55,277 nucleotides of DNA from Promethearchaeota archaeon. Lineage in GTDB: Archaea; Asgardarchaeota; Lokiarchaeia; Sigyniarchaeales; SOKP01. The notes beneath the pieces are model-generated. The model worked only from the letters and a program-made list of their open reading frames with translations. It searched no databases and was not told the DNA's origin. The position numbers and the translations under genes were made by a program. This document shows, in pieces, positions 1-8,433 of the stretch (position 1 is its first letter; every line of letters begins with the position of its first letter). The DNA lies in the NCBI GenBank assembly GCA_019057865.1, contig JAHLWP010000030.1:1-55277 (forward strand). The letters are read 5' to 3'.

Positions 1-103
1 CGGTAAGCCGATCATTGGAAAAACATTAAAAAAAAATAAATACTTAAATACTAAAAAGAAAAAAAGAATTCTATTCTCGAATTTGAAACAATTCGAAAAA
101 GTT

Positions 104-691
104 TTAAATTATTGCAGAAATTATGGAATCGACAATATGATTAATAAATTTACTTTTTTGAATCTTACAAACATGAGCAACCTTTTTAAAATTAAACGAT
201 TCCGCTAAAGTATCAAGATAAGATATATTGTATAAAATTGAGATGTTCTTATCGTTTCTCATGAAAAGATTATCCAATTCCTGTTGAATTACTCTATTAG
301 CAGTTTGAAACTTTTTTCTTACTCTTTTTCTTATCTCTTTAAGAGCATCGTTAAAGTTAATATCCCTTATACTTGAAATAATAGAATTTAGAAATATCGT
401 ATATAAAATTACTATATTTACATGATCTGGGTCTGTATCTTTTAAATGTTCAAATTTTAATTGAAGATCTTGATAGACTTCTTTTAAAAATATTTCATCT
501 ACCCCCTTAATTCTCTTAAAATGGCTTAAAAATTTCAGATACTTACCCTCTAAGAATAAGTCTAAATTCTGATTAAATAAATCTTTAAATTTTCTTACAA
601 TTTGTCCAGAATTACTAATTTTTACAGAGACTTCAGGTGTTCTACCGATAATCAAATCACGCCCTTCTTTATAAAACTGTTGGTTAACCAA
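104..691 (-). CDS. hypothetical protein
   Basis: 195-aa ORF (TTG start) with no motif I recognise. Confidence 0.6.
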   Translation of the reverse strand: MVNQQFYKEGRDLIIGRTPEVSVKISNSGQIVRKFKDLFNQNLDLFLEGKYLKFLSHFKRIKGVDEIFLKEVYQDLQLKFEHLKDTDPDHVNIVILYTIFLNSIISSIRDINFNDALKEIRKRVRKKFQTANRVIQQELDNLFMRNDKNISILYNISYLDTLAESFNFKKVAHVCKIQKSKFINHIVDSIISAII

Positions 692-895
692 ATTATCAGT
701 TGTATTATATAATTTTTTTAAAACAAGTTTTATATTTAAACACCTAAAGTTTGAATTTTGTGTAACTTATTTTTTCTAACCAAATAATAAAAATACTAAG
801 TTTTAATATTTTGCAAATAAGAAGATACATAAATCTAACAAAAAAATTTTAAAAACTAAATTTTAAAAATATGTTAAAATTAAAGGTGATAAATT

Positions 896-2602
896 ATCGG
901 ACTTAAAGTAGCAACTGGATTAGCAATTACTTCATTATTTGCGCTTATTTACGCTGTTGTGTTTGTTATTGGAGTCTGGTTCCTACCCTCCTCCATTTGG
1001 GGGCTCATAATAATGATTGGAATTACGGTTGGCATAGTATTCTTCCAATACTTGATATCGCCTTACATTATAGGCTGGCTCTATAAGATTGATTGGATTC
1101 CTTATGAACAATTTGCGATGAGCTATCCGCATTTAGCAAATTCTCTTGATAAGGTTGTTTCATTACATGGAATTAAAGTACCAAGACTCGGCATTATTCA
1201 TGATGGCAATCCTAATGCATTTACTTTCGGGCATACTAAAAATAATGCTAGAGTAGTAATTACTGATGGAATACTTACATACTTAAATGAAAAAGAACAA
1301 AATGCAGTATTTGCTCATGAATTAGGTCATGTTGTGCACTCAGATTTTATCTTAATGACAATTGTGTTTGCTATCCCTCTTGTCTTATTAACAATTGCTC
1401 GCTGGGCATATTATGCTAGCTTTTTTTCACGTTCTAGTCGAAGGGATAGTGATGAGGTAAATTATCTTAAGCTCGCATTAATAGCTATAGCGGTTTTAAG
1501 TTATGTAAGTTATTATGTAGGATATTTAATATCATTGATAGTTAGTAGGATTCGTGAATATTATGCTGATGAGCATTCTGCTGAAGTGTTAGAAGATCCA
1601 AATGCATTGTCAACCGGACTAGTAAAGATTGCTTATGGATTATTAGTTGATGGTAAAGTTGAAGAAAGAAAGAAGTCAAAAGTTCGAGCGCTTCGTGGTT
1701 TAGGTATTTTTGATCCTAGTTCCGCAAAAGGATTAGGAATCATGAGTGTTGGATCTCAAGGCAAATTTACCCAAGACGCAATTCAAGCAGCAGCAGCATG
1801 GGATTTATTCAATCCTTGGGCTAAATATTATCAGGCTTTTTCAACCCATCCTTTACCAGCAAAAAGAATTATGCGACTAAATGAACAATGTGCAACATAT
1901 GGTTTAACCCCAGAAATTGATTTTTCACTCGCTAAGGAATTAAAAGAAAAACAAGCGGGTAAATCGATGACAGACGAATTTTTAAGTGATGTATTTATTA
2001 AATCTCTTCCTACTTTAATCTTCATTGCACTTCTTGCAATGACAATCGTTTGGATCTTTGCGCTTGCAGAAATTATAGAAATTGGTTTCTTAACCAAACA
2101 GAATATACTTTTACTTTGGGCTATTGGTTTCTACGTTATTGGCTTTGGTTCCATTATTAAAACCAAATTCATGTACAAAAGCGGATTTGAACCGAAAACA
2201 GTTCTAGATCTTGTAACTAATGTTAAAGTTTCGCCTATTCGAAACGTTCCCGCAGTTGTTGAGGGAAAAATCATTGGAAGAGGAATTCCTGGATATTATT
2301 TTAGTGAGGATATGTACTTCCAGGACCACACTGGCTTAATGTACATAGATTATAGATTTGGTATAGGAATTGTAGATTTCTTTTTTGCACTTTCTAAAGT
2401 GAAACGATTAATGGGGCAAAGAGTTAGAATTAAAGGGTGGTATAGACGTGGTCCATCTCCATATATTCAAGTAGATACGATAGAATCTGAATCTGGCGCT
2501 AGACACCGAAACTATGCAAAACATATGCGATATATCTGGGTGTTTTTTGAATTCTTGCTTGGAGTATTATTTCTCTATCTTTGGTTTCAAGCAATTATTT
2601 AA
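896..2602 (+). CDS. htpX: M48 family Zn metalloprotease (HtpX-like) with C-terminal membrane and OB-fold-like extension
   Basis: HELGH zinc motif, PNAFTFG, REYYAD and STHP motifs. The frame is open from 893 and an AGGTGAT SD-like site precedes ATC at 896; the ORF track starts at GTG 959. Confidence 0.85.
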   Translation: MGLKVATGLAITSLFALIYAVVFVIGVWFLPSSIWGLIIMIGITVGIVFFQYLISPYIIGWLYKIDWIPYEQFAMSYPHLANSLDKVVSLHGIKVPRLGIIHDGNPNAFTFGHTKNNARVVITDGILTYLNEKEQNAVFAHELGHVVHSDFILMTIVFAIPLVLLTIARWAYYASFFSRSSRRDSDEVNYLKLALIAIAVLSYVSYYVGYLISLIVSRIREYYADEHSAEVLEDPNALSTGLVKIAYGLLVDGKVEERKKSKVRALRGLGIFDPSSAKGLGIMSVGSQGKFTQDAIQAAAAWDLFNPWAKYYQAFSTHPLPAKRIMRLNEQCATYGLTPEIDFSLAKELKEKQAGKSMTDEFLSDVFIKSLPTLIFIALLAMTIVWIFALAEIIEIGFLTKQNILLLWAIGFYVIGFGSIIKTKFMYKSGFEPKTVLDLVTNVKVSPIRNVPAVVEGKIIGRGIPGYYFSEDMYFQDHTGLMYIDYRFGIGIVDFFFALSKVKRLMGQRVRIKGWYRRGPSPYIQVDTIESESGARHRNYAKHMRYIWVFFEFLLGVLFLYLWFQAII

Positions 2603-2774
2603 TTCTAAATTCTTTTTTATTTATTTTTTATATTTTATTTTAAAACTAATTTTACTGAAATAAGTTATTAACTATCATCAGAAAAAAATAAAGAAAAAAA
2701 ATTTTACTTAAAAATTATTTTAAAGAAAAAAAAGAAAGGATTATATAGAATTGGCCAATTAATGAGACTTATAC

Positions 2775-3209
2775 TTATAAGTCCTCTATGAGATCTTCGT
2801 AAGCTTCGAGTGCCAATTCGATGATCTCTTGGAAGGCCATAGCATCTTGTAAATTACCCTCTACCGTTATATCACCAGCCATATAGGCACTAGTAGCGTC
2901 AACTTCACCCATCATGATACCAGCACCAACCTCAAGATTGGAGGACATAGTAAATGAAGGATTTTCTACATCACCCTTTCCGAAAGCAAGGTCACCTTCC
3001 TTCACAGTTAACCAGAATTTATAATCGGCATCAGTAATTACCATTTGGATAGCAATATCCATATCTTCTAGTTCCTCTTTAAGATCCTCATTATCTGTAG
3101 AGACTTCCTTTATAAATTTGAAGACTCGCATCAAATCTTCTGGCTTTGCTGCAGTTGCCCCAGCATCTTGGGCTGCTTTTAATTCCTTTAATAATGATTC
3201 GTCAACCAT
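2775..3209 (-). CDS. SCP2 sterol/lipid-binding domain protein
   Basis: GEVDATSAYMAGDITVEGNLQDAMAF is an SCP2-type signature. ATG at 3209 follows AGGTTGAT. Confidence 0.8.
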   Translation of the reverse strand: MVDESLLKELKAAQDAGATAAKPEDLMRVFKFIKEVSTDNEDLKEELEDMDIAIQMVITDADYKFWLTVKEGDLAFGKGDVENPSFTMSSNLEVGAGIMMGEVDATSAYMAGDITVEGNLQDAMAFQEIIELALEAYEDLIEDL

Positions 3210-3304
3210 TTTAATTATCAACCTTCTTAATAGTTTTATTACAACTTTTTAGAATTATTTACTTATAATTGAAAAAAATTACAATTTATTATAACCTTTT
3301 AATA

Positions 3305-3323
3305 TATAAAAAGGTTTTATTTC
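3305..3323 (-). promoter_or_regulatory. putative BRE-TATA promoter of SCP2 copy 1
   Basis: Minus strand reads GAAATAAAACCTTTTTATA; a 16-bp core is shared with the upstream region of SCP2 copy 2. Confidence 0.45.
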
Positions 3324-3560
3324 GTTCTGTTCAATTTGATATTAAATTAGTTTTATATTTTAGATTAGTAAATATTCTTTAATTAAACAAACCATTACTT
3401 ACATGGAATATAAATATTAAAACTTGTACTTGAAGATTACTATAATAAGATTGAAAAAATAAGTATTTTAAAATATATACAAAGTACTGATTATAAAAAA
3501 GAGATAAAAAAAATAATAAGATTAGTCTTTTAACAGAAATATCTTCTCTAAAAGATTTTA

Positions 3561-3992
3561 TTAATCTTCAAGAAGATCTTCGAGGGCTTCACCAGCAAGC
3601 TCTACAATCTCTTGGAAGGCCATAGCATCTTGAAGATTACCTTCTACAGTGATATCACCAGCCATATAGGCGCTAGTTGCGTCAACTTCACCCATTAAGA
3701 TGCCAGCACCAGTTTCAAGAGTTGAAGACATTGTAAATGAAGGATTGTCTACATCTCCCTCACCATAATCGAGCTTTCCCTCCTTTACTGTAAGCCAATA
3801 TTTAGCTTCTTTATCTGTAATGATCATTTGAATTGCAATATCCATATCTTCGAGTTCTTCTTTAAGATCCTCATTTTCTTGAGAAACCTGCTTGATAAAT
3901 TCGTAATATTTCAGAGTGTCAGCAGGTGCAGCACCGCTAGCTCCTTTATCCATAATTGCTTTTATTTCCTTTAATAAAGATTCATCAACCAT
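3561..3992 (-). CDS. SCP2 sterol/lipid-binding domain protein (tandem paralogue)
   Basis: C-terminal half nearly identical to 2775..3209; ATG at 3992. Confidence 0.8.
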   Translation of the reverse strand: MVDESLLKEIKAIMDKGASGAAPADTLKYYEFIKQVSQENEDLKEELEDMDIAIQMIITDKEAKYWLTVKEGKLDYGEGDVDNPSFTMSSTLETGAGILMGEVDATSAYMAGDITVEGNLQDAMAFQEIVELAGEALEDLLED

Positions 3993-4076
3993 TTTAATTT
4001 TCAACCTATTTTTTTATTTTTATTCCAATTTTGAAAATTATATACATTAAATAGTGATTATAATAACAATGGAAAA

Positions 4077-4095
4077 TTTAAAAAGGTTTTATTTC
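4077..4095 (-). promoter_or_regulatory. putative BRE-TATA promoter of SCP2 copy 2
   Basis: Minus strand reads GAAATAAAACCTTTTTAAA, matching 3305-3323. Confidence 0.45.
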
Positions 4096-4195
4096 TCTTT
4101 TTTTAGGATTACACTAGTAAAGCAAAAGTTTTTATTGAAGTTTGCTCATCAAATCAAATCAAAGTGAGTCAACGTTGAATAAATCATTATGATAA

Positions 4196-4305
4196 TGGCG
4201 CCCACAGCGGGATTTGAACCCACGTCGTTCTCCTCAATTAATATCTATCTATTAATGATCAGGAGTGACAGTCCCGAATGCTAGACCAGGCTACACTATG
4301 TGGGC
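4196..4305 (-). tRNA. tRNA-Asp(GTC) with 32-nt intron (4228-4259) at about position 43/44; CCA encoded
   Basis: Acceptor GCCCACA/TGTGGGC, anticodon arm CGGGA-CTGTCAC-TCCTG, T arm GTGGG-TTCAAAT-CCCGC. The intron forms a CTCC/GGAG central helix with 3-nt bulges TGA and AAC. Confidence 0.92.
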
Positions 4306-4490
4306 ATTTTATTAGAAAGAAAAAATCTAATGTAAGAAGAGAAAGAATCGAGACTTTAAAAATTTTTTTCTAACCAGCTTGTTAACATATATATATAGAA
4401 AAATTTAAATTGATAGAAGGCGATGTAGATAATAAGAATATCTTTGGTATAAGATATAGTATAATTTAATCTTTAATAGATATAGATTTT

Positions 4491-4922
4491 ATGCTCGACT
4501 CAAAGAAGTTCAATTCTGTAATTCATGAATTGGAAAATAAGGAAGAAGAATTTATCGCCATTTTAGATAAAATTATAAAAATGGGAGTAAATTTCTTACA
4601 GAATACAGAAGAGTTGAGAGAAGAGATAATGGATTATGATTACATTTATCAAATTCTAGTCTCTGATATTAATTTTAAGTTTTGGTTGAAAGTTTCAAGA
4701 GGATCGATTATGTATAAGAGAGGTATAAATCCAAATGCTACTTTTAGAGTAAGCTATACTAAAGATATTATGATTAAAATCCTCAAACGTGAAATGTATG
4801 GATCTGAAGCTTATATGAAAGGAATAATCAAGGTAGACGGAGATCTTACTCAAGGTTTGCGATATATAAAAGTCTTCAGATTGCTCTTGAAATATATCAA
4901 AAACAATTTTAAAAATGAGTAA
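4491..4922 (+). CDS. SCP2 domain protein (divergent)
   Basis: EAYMKGIIKVDGDL SCP2-like motif. Confidence 0.7.
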   Translation: MLDSKKFNSVIHELENKEEEFIAILDKIIKMGVNFLQNTEELREEIMDYDYIYQILVSDINFKFWLKVSRGSIMYKRGINPNATFRVSYTKDIMIKILKREMYGSEAYMKGIIKVDGDLTQGLRYIKVFRLLLKYIKNNFKNE

Positions 4923-5091
4923 TTCTGTGGAGATTTCCTAATTTTCTTCTATTAAGCTTAATTTTTTTTTAGTTTATTCATTATTTTATTTACAATAAGA
5001 TTTTTTAGAAATAATGAATGAGGATATTTGTAACCTATTAATTTTTTTATTGAAAATTCCATAGTTTATAAACAACAAAAATATAAAATAT

Positions 5092-5184
5092 GGGCCTGTA
5101 ATCTAGTCTGGATAACACTATTCGTCCAGAAAGGGTGCCCGGCTTCGGACTGGGATGTCGCAGGTTCGAATCCTGCCAGGCCCG
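5092..5184 (+). tRNA. tRNA-Arg(TCG) with 18-nt D-loop intron (5114-5131); CCA not encoded
   Basis: Acceptor GGGCCTG/CAGGCCC, anticodon arm CCCGG-CTTCGGA-CTGGG, T arm GCAGG-TTCGAAT-CCTGC. BHB helix CTGG/CCAG with bulges ATA and AAA. Confidence 0.9.
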
Positions 5185-5503
5185 ATAAATTAAACAAATT
5201 AATCGGTAAGATCCTTTCTCAATCCAAATTATATTTCGTTTATTAATTCTACTCTTAAATTTTTTTTGTACAAACAGATATTTTGATAAAAAAGATCATT
5301 TTTTGATACAAAATTATATATTTATCTTTTTATTTGTATAAAATAGTTAGTATATAATATTATTATAAGATTTATAAAAATTTGATACTCTGAGACGAAC
5401 ATACTCTTTAATAATGAGTTTTAAATATAATAACGTTATTACATTTTATGTACAAAAAAGAATTTTTGTACAAAATAATATAGTCAAAAAAGGGGTTTAA
5501 AAA

Positions 5504-6322
5504 ATGATAAGTTTGGAAGATAATTTTCAAAATTTGGATAAATCTTCTCTGATCTTTCAGATGGAAAGTTTCAGTGTCTCTGAGATAAATCCAGAAGGAA
5601 AACATGAAGTTATTTTCCATAAAGGCATGGCTATTGAACATATTCAAAAGCTCATTGATTTATATAAAGAGAGAATTATAGAAAAAAAACAAGGTTATAT
5701 CAAGGATTTAATCGATAACTTTACAATATATATCCACTTTTTTGACAAGAAACAGGGAGATATACTAGTAATAATTTATATAGATGATAAAGAAAATCTG
5801 ATGAATTATACAAAACTATATCATTTTTCAAAAAGTTTATTTCAGCGAATTTGCTCAAATATTTCAAGTTTAGAAATAGAAAAGATTTGCGGGACAATAA
5901 TTAAGATTCCAAAAGTTGAAGGAATATTGGCAATATTTATTGTTGATGAAGCAGGATTCTTATATTTTTCAAAAGTTTGCAAAGATGAGAAGTGTATGTC
6001 ACAAAACAAAGTACAAATTGCGGGTTTCATATCTGCGATTTTATGTTTTTCGCAAGATTATATTGGTGGGAAGGAATCTGGATTTAAGCTTGAAGCAATC
6101 AACGTCGGGAAAGCAAACTTTTATATGAATATTAAAAATGATGTAATTTTTGCTTATTTAGTCGAAAAGGAAAAAAAAACAGATAAGATGCAAAAATATG
6201 TTGAATTAATATCAGCAAAATTTGTAGATAAGTATTATGAGACTCATGTAAAAGATTTTAATGGAGATCTTACGCCATTTCATGAATTTGAAAATGTCAT
6301 TGAGCAATATTTTATAATCTAA
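5504..6322 (+). CDS. longin/roadblock-like domain protein
   Basis: C-terminal IFIVDEAGFLYF...IAGFISAI...KFVDKY...FNGDLTPF pattern typical of Asgard longin-like proteins. Confidence 0.6.
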   Translation: MISLEDNFQNLDKSSLIFQMESFSVSEINPEGKHEVIFHKGMAIEHIQKLIDLYKERIIEKKQGYIKDLIDNFTIYIHFFDKKQGDILVIIYIDDKENLMNYTKLYHFSKSLFQRICSNISSLEIEKICGTIIKIPKVEGILAIFIVDEAGFLYFSKVCKDEKCMSQNKVQIAGFISAILCFSQDYIGGKESGFKLEAINVGKANFYMNIKNDVIFAYLVEKEKKTDKMQKYVELISAKFVDKYYETHVKDFNGDLTPFHEFENVIEQYFII

Positions 6323-6472
6323 AAATATCTTTTCCATCCATAAAAAGTTAAAACTACTAAAACAGTTTATCCTAAACTAATCTTATATGAAAGTTAGTTT
6401 TAGCCTATTATTTTAACTCGAATAATTAATATTCAACTAGAATTATAAATAAAAAAATTAATATATATAACA

Positions 6473-6826
6473 ATGACTATTTGTTTAGATGTTGACCTAG
6501 TTTTGGATAATATCCTAAAGGAATTAGGTTCAGGAGTCTATTTTTTATTAATTACATCTGAAAATGGCGCAATAATAAAATCTTACATTAGTGATGAATT
6601 TAATAAATCCTCAATAGGATTAAATATGTCTCAATTATATGAGTTAGCTGAAGAAATTACCTCAGAAATAGGAATTCATGTTCCAGACTTTAATATAATT
6701 CATTCAGACAATTTTTATATCTTATCAATTAAAATCTTAGAAAAAATTGTTATCATATTAATGGAAGATCAGATTGATTTTAGCAATGTCTTTAACGTAA
6801 TTAATGCATGTATAAAAACAGACTAA
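6473..6826 (+). CDS. roadblock/LC7-like domain protein
   Basis: 117 aa with LLITSENGAIIKS roadblock-type pattern. Confidence 0.6.
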   Translation: MTICLDVDLVLDNILKELGSGVYFLLITSENGAIIKSYISDEFNKSSIGLNMSQLYELAEEITSEIGIHVPDFNIIHSDNFYILSIKILEKIVIILMEDQIDFSNVFNVINACIKTD

Positions 6827-6950
6827 ATATATAAACTAAATGCGATTCTTCTCCATTAACTCAAGAAATTCGTGCTAATATTATTTATAATCAAAATATT
6901 TATATTCTATTAACTAATTTGATATAAAATACATATTAAGGTATGATAAA

Positions 6951-7433
6951 ATGAAATATGAAAAAAATCAATATAATGATAGTGTCTCAATATGTACATT
7001 CATAATCGCTGGTGCTTTTTTGTGGTGGGGTATTACTAGCTTTATCCCATGGGATAAGTGGTCATGGTGGGGCTTTATTGCGATTGGTATTGGTGCGGCT
7101 ATTTTATCTAGCCAAATTGTAGCAATAAACAATAGGAGTAAATTACGGAGGGTAGTTTTGCAAGAATTCCAGACAAATCCTGATGCATCAATAGAAGATG
7201 TTAGCAGGAGTACTGGAATTTCAAGAAAGGATGTTCAATCGATTGTTTTAGATCTGAAAGCATCAGGGCAATTAATTGGTAAATTTTCAACAAAAACAGG
7301 GCAAATAAAACATGTATTAATTCAAAAAGAACCTGTTAGCTCAGAAGAAAGGGGTAAATATTGTTATAATTGTGGAACACCTATAAGTAAAGAATCAGCG
7401 CAATTTTGTGCTTATTGTGGTGCTAAAATATAA
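6951..7433 (+). CDS. membrane protein with HTH-like segment and C-terminal double zinc ribbon
   Basis: Two TM helices, SIEDVSRSTGISRKDV HTH-like segment, CYNCG...CAYCG. Confidence 0.75.
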   Translation: MKYEKNQYNDSVSICTFIIAGAFLWWGITSFIPWDKWSWWGFIAIGIGAAILSSQIVAINNRSKLRRVVLQEFQTNPDASIEDVSRSTGISRKDVQSIVLDLKASGQLIGKFSTKTGQIKHVLIQKEPVSSEERGKYCYNCGTPISKESAQFCAYCGAKI

Positions 7434-7472
7434 ATCTTTTTTTTATTTTTCCTAATTTTAAAAGGCTATTTT

Positions 7473-7541
7473 TTAATGGAAGATCAGATTGATTTTAGCA
7501 ATGTCTTTAACATAATTAATGCATATATAAAAACAAACTGA
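7473..7541 (+). pseudogene. duplicated 3' fragment of the roadblock gene
   Basis: Encodes LMEDQIDFSNVFNIINAYIKTN*, versus LMEDQIDFSNVFNVINACIKTD* at the end of 6473..6826. Confidence 0.85.
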
Positions 7542-7556
7542 TGAAAACTTGACTTT

Positions 7557-7628
7557 ATATTTATATTCTATTAACTAATAATATTTATATTCTATTAACT
7601 AATGATATTTATATTTTATTAACTATTA
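7557..7628 (+). repeat. 3 x 24-bp tandem repeat of a TATA-containing segment
   Basis: ATATTTATATTCTATTAACTAAT(A/G) twice plus one diverged unit; a single copy occurs at 6896-6919. Confidence 0.85.
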
Positions 7629-7659
7629 TCATATAAAATCCATATTAAGGTATGATAAA

Positions 7660-8103
7660 ATGAAATATATAAGAAATCAATTTATAATCGCTGGTTCTTT
7701 TTTGTGGTGGGGTATTACTCTCTTGCAGTGGTCATGGTCGGGATTTTTAGTGATTGGCATTGGTGTTATTATTTTATCTAGCCAAATTGTTGCGATAGCT
7801 AATAGGAGTAAATTACGGAGAGTAGTTTTGCAAGAATTCCAAACAAATCCTGATGCATCAATAGAAGATGTCAGTATGAGAACTGGAATTTCTAGAAAGG
7901 ATGTTCAAGCAATTATTCTAGATCTGAAAGCATCAGGGCAATTAATTGGTAAATTTTCAACAAAAACAGGGCAAATAAAACATGTATCAATTCAAAAAGA
8001 ACTTGTTAGCTCAGAAGAAGGGCGTAAATATTGTCATTATTGTGGAACACCTATAAGTAAAGAATCAGCACAATACTGTGCCTATTGTGGTGCTAAAATA
8101 TAA
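7660..8103 (+). CDS. paralogue of 6951..7433 (membrane, HTH-like, zinc ribbon)
   Basis: Near-identical C-terminal two-thirds; short in-frame deletions near the N-terminus. Confidence 0.75.
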   Translation: MKYIRNQFIIAGSFLWWGITLLQWSWSGFLVIGIGVIILSSQIVAIANRSKLRRVVLQEFQTNPDASIEDVSMRTGISRKDVQAIILDLKASGQLIGKFSTKTGQIKHVSIQKELVSSEEGRKYCHYCGTPISKESAQYCAYCGAKI

Positions 8104-8249
8104 ATTTTATTTATATTTTTCTTAATTTTGAAAAGCAATTTATTTAGTCTAGGTTCCTTAAAGCTGTTTAGATGATTTAGGAGTTTTATAAATCAAAACT
8201 GTAAAATTAAAATATCAATGGTATATAAAAATAAATGGTGATTATAATT

Positions 8250-8402
8250 ATGCCTAAGGAAAATGAGGATTTAGATGTTAAATACCATGAAAAAATAGCT
8301 AAAGGTTGTTTTAATCAAACATGGGATTTAATTGCTAAAAAAGATGACAGAGATTATTTTTTTGAAGATTTAAATGGTGGTCAGTGGTTTGGCATGAAAT
8401 AA
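8250..8402 (+). CDS. 50-aa small ORF, possibly an internally deleted gene
   Basis: GGTGAT SD then ATG; MPKENEDLDVKYHEKIAKGCFNQTWDLIAKKDDRDYFFEDLNGGQWFGMK*. Shorter than any ORF in the supplied track. Confidence 0.5.
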   Translation: MPKENEDLDVKYHEKIAKGCFNQTWDLIAKKDDRDYFFEDLNGGQWFGMK

Positions 8403-8433
8403 TTCACAATTTCATGATATTAATTTTTTTTTA

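Larger units (their letters stand above)
6758..8141 (+). repeat. diverged tandem duplication (units about 6758-7472 and 7473-8141)
   Basis: Both units start TTAATGGAAGATCAGATTGATTTTAGCAATGTCTTTAAC and contain the same membrane/zinc-ribbon gene. Confidence 0.9.

Noticed and set aside
871-910. A BHB intron joining ATG 871 (MLKLKV) to the htpX frame
   Set aside because: The only 4-bp helix I found (TTAA/TTAA) gives a 23-nt excision in the wrong frame, and the frame-restoring lengths I tried had no valid central helix.
5137-5156. Reading this tRNA as Pro(CGG)
   Set aside because: The 5-bp stem CCCGG/CTGGG centres TCG in a 7-nt loop, so it is Arg.
7557-7628. CRISPR array
   Set aside because: The repeats are contiguous with no spacers, and there are no cas genes in the window.
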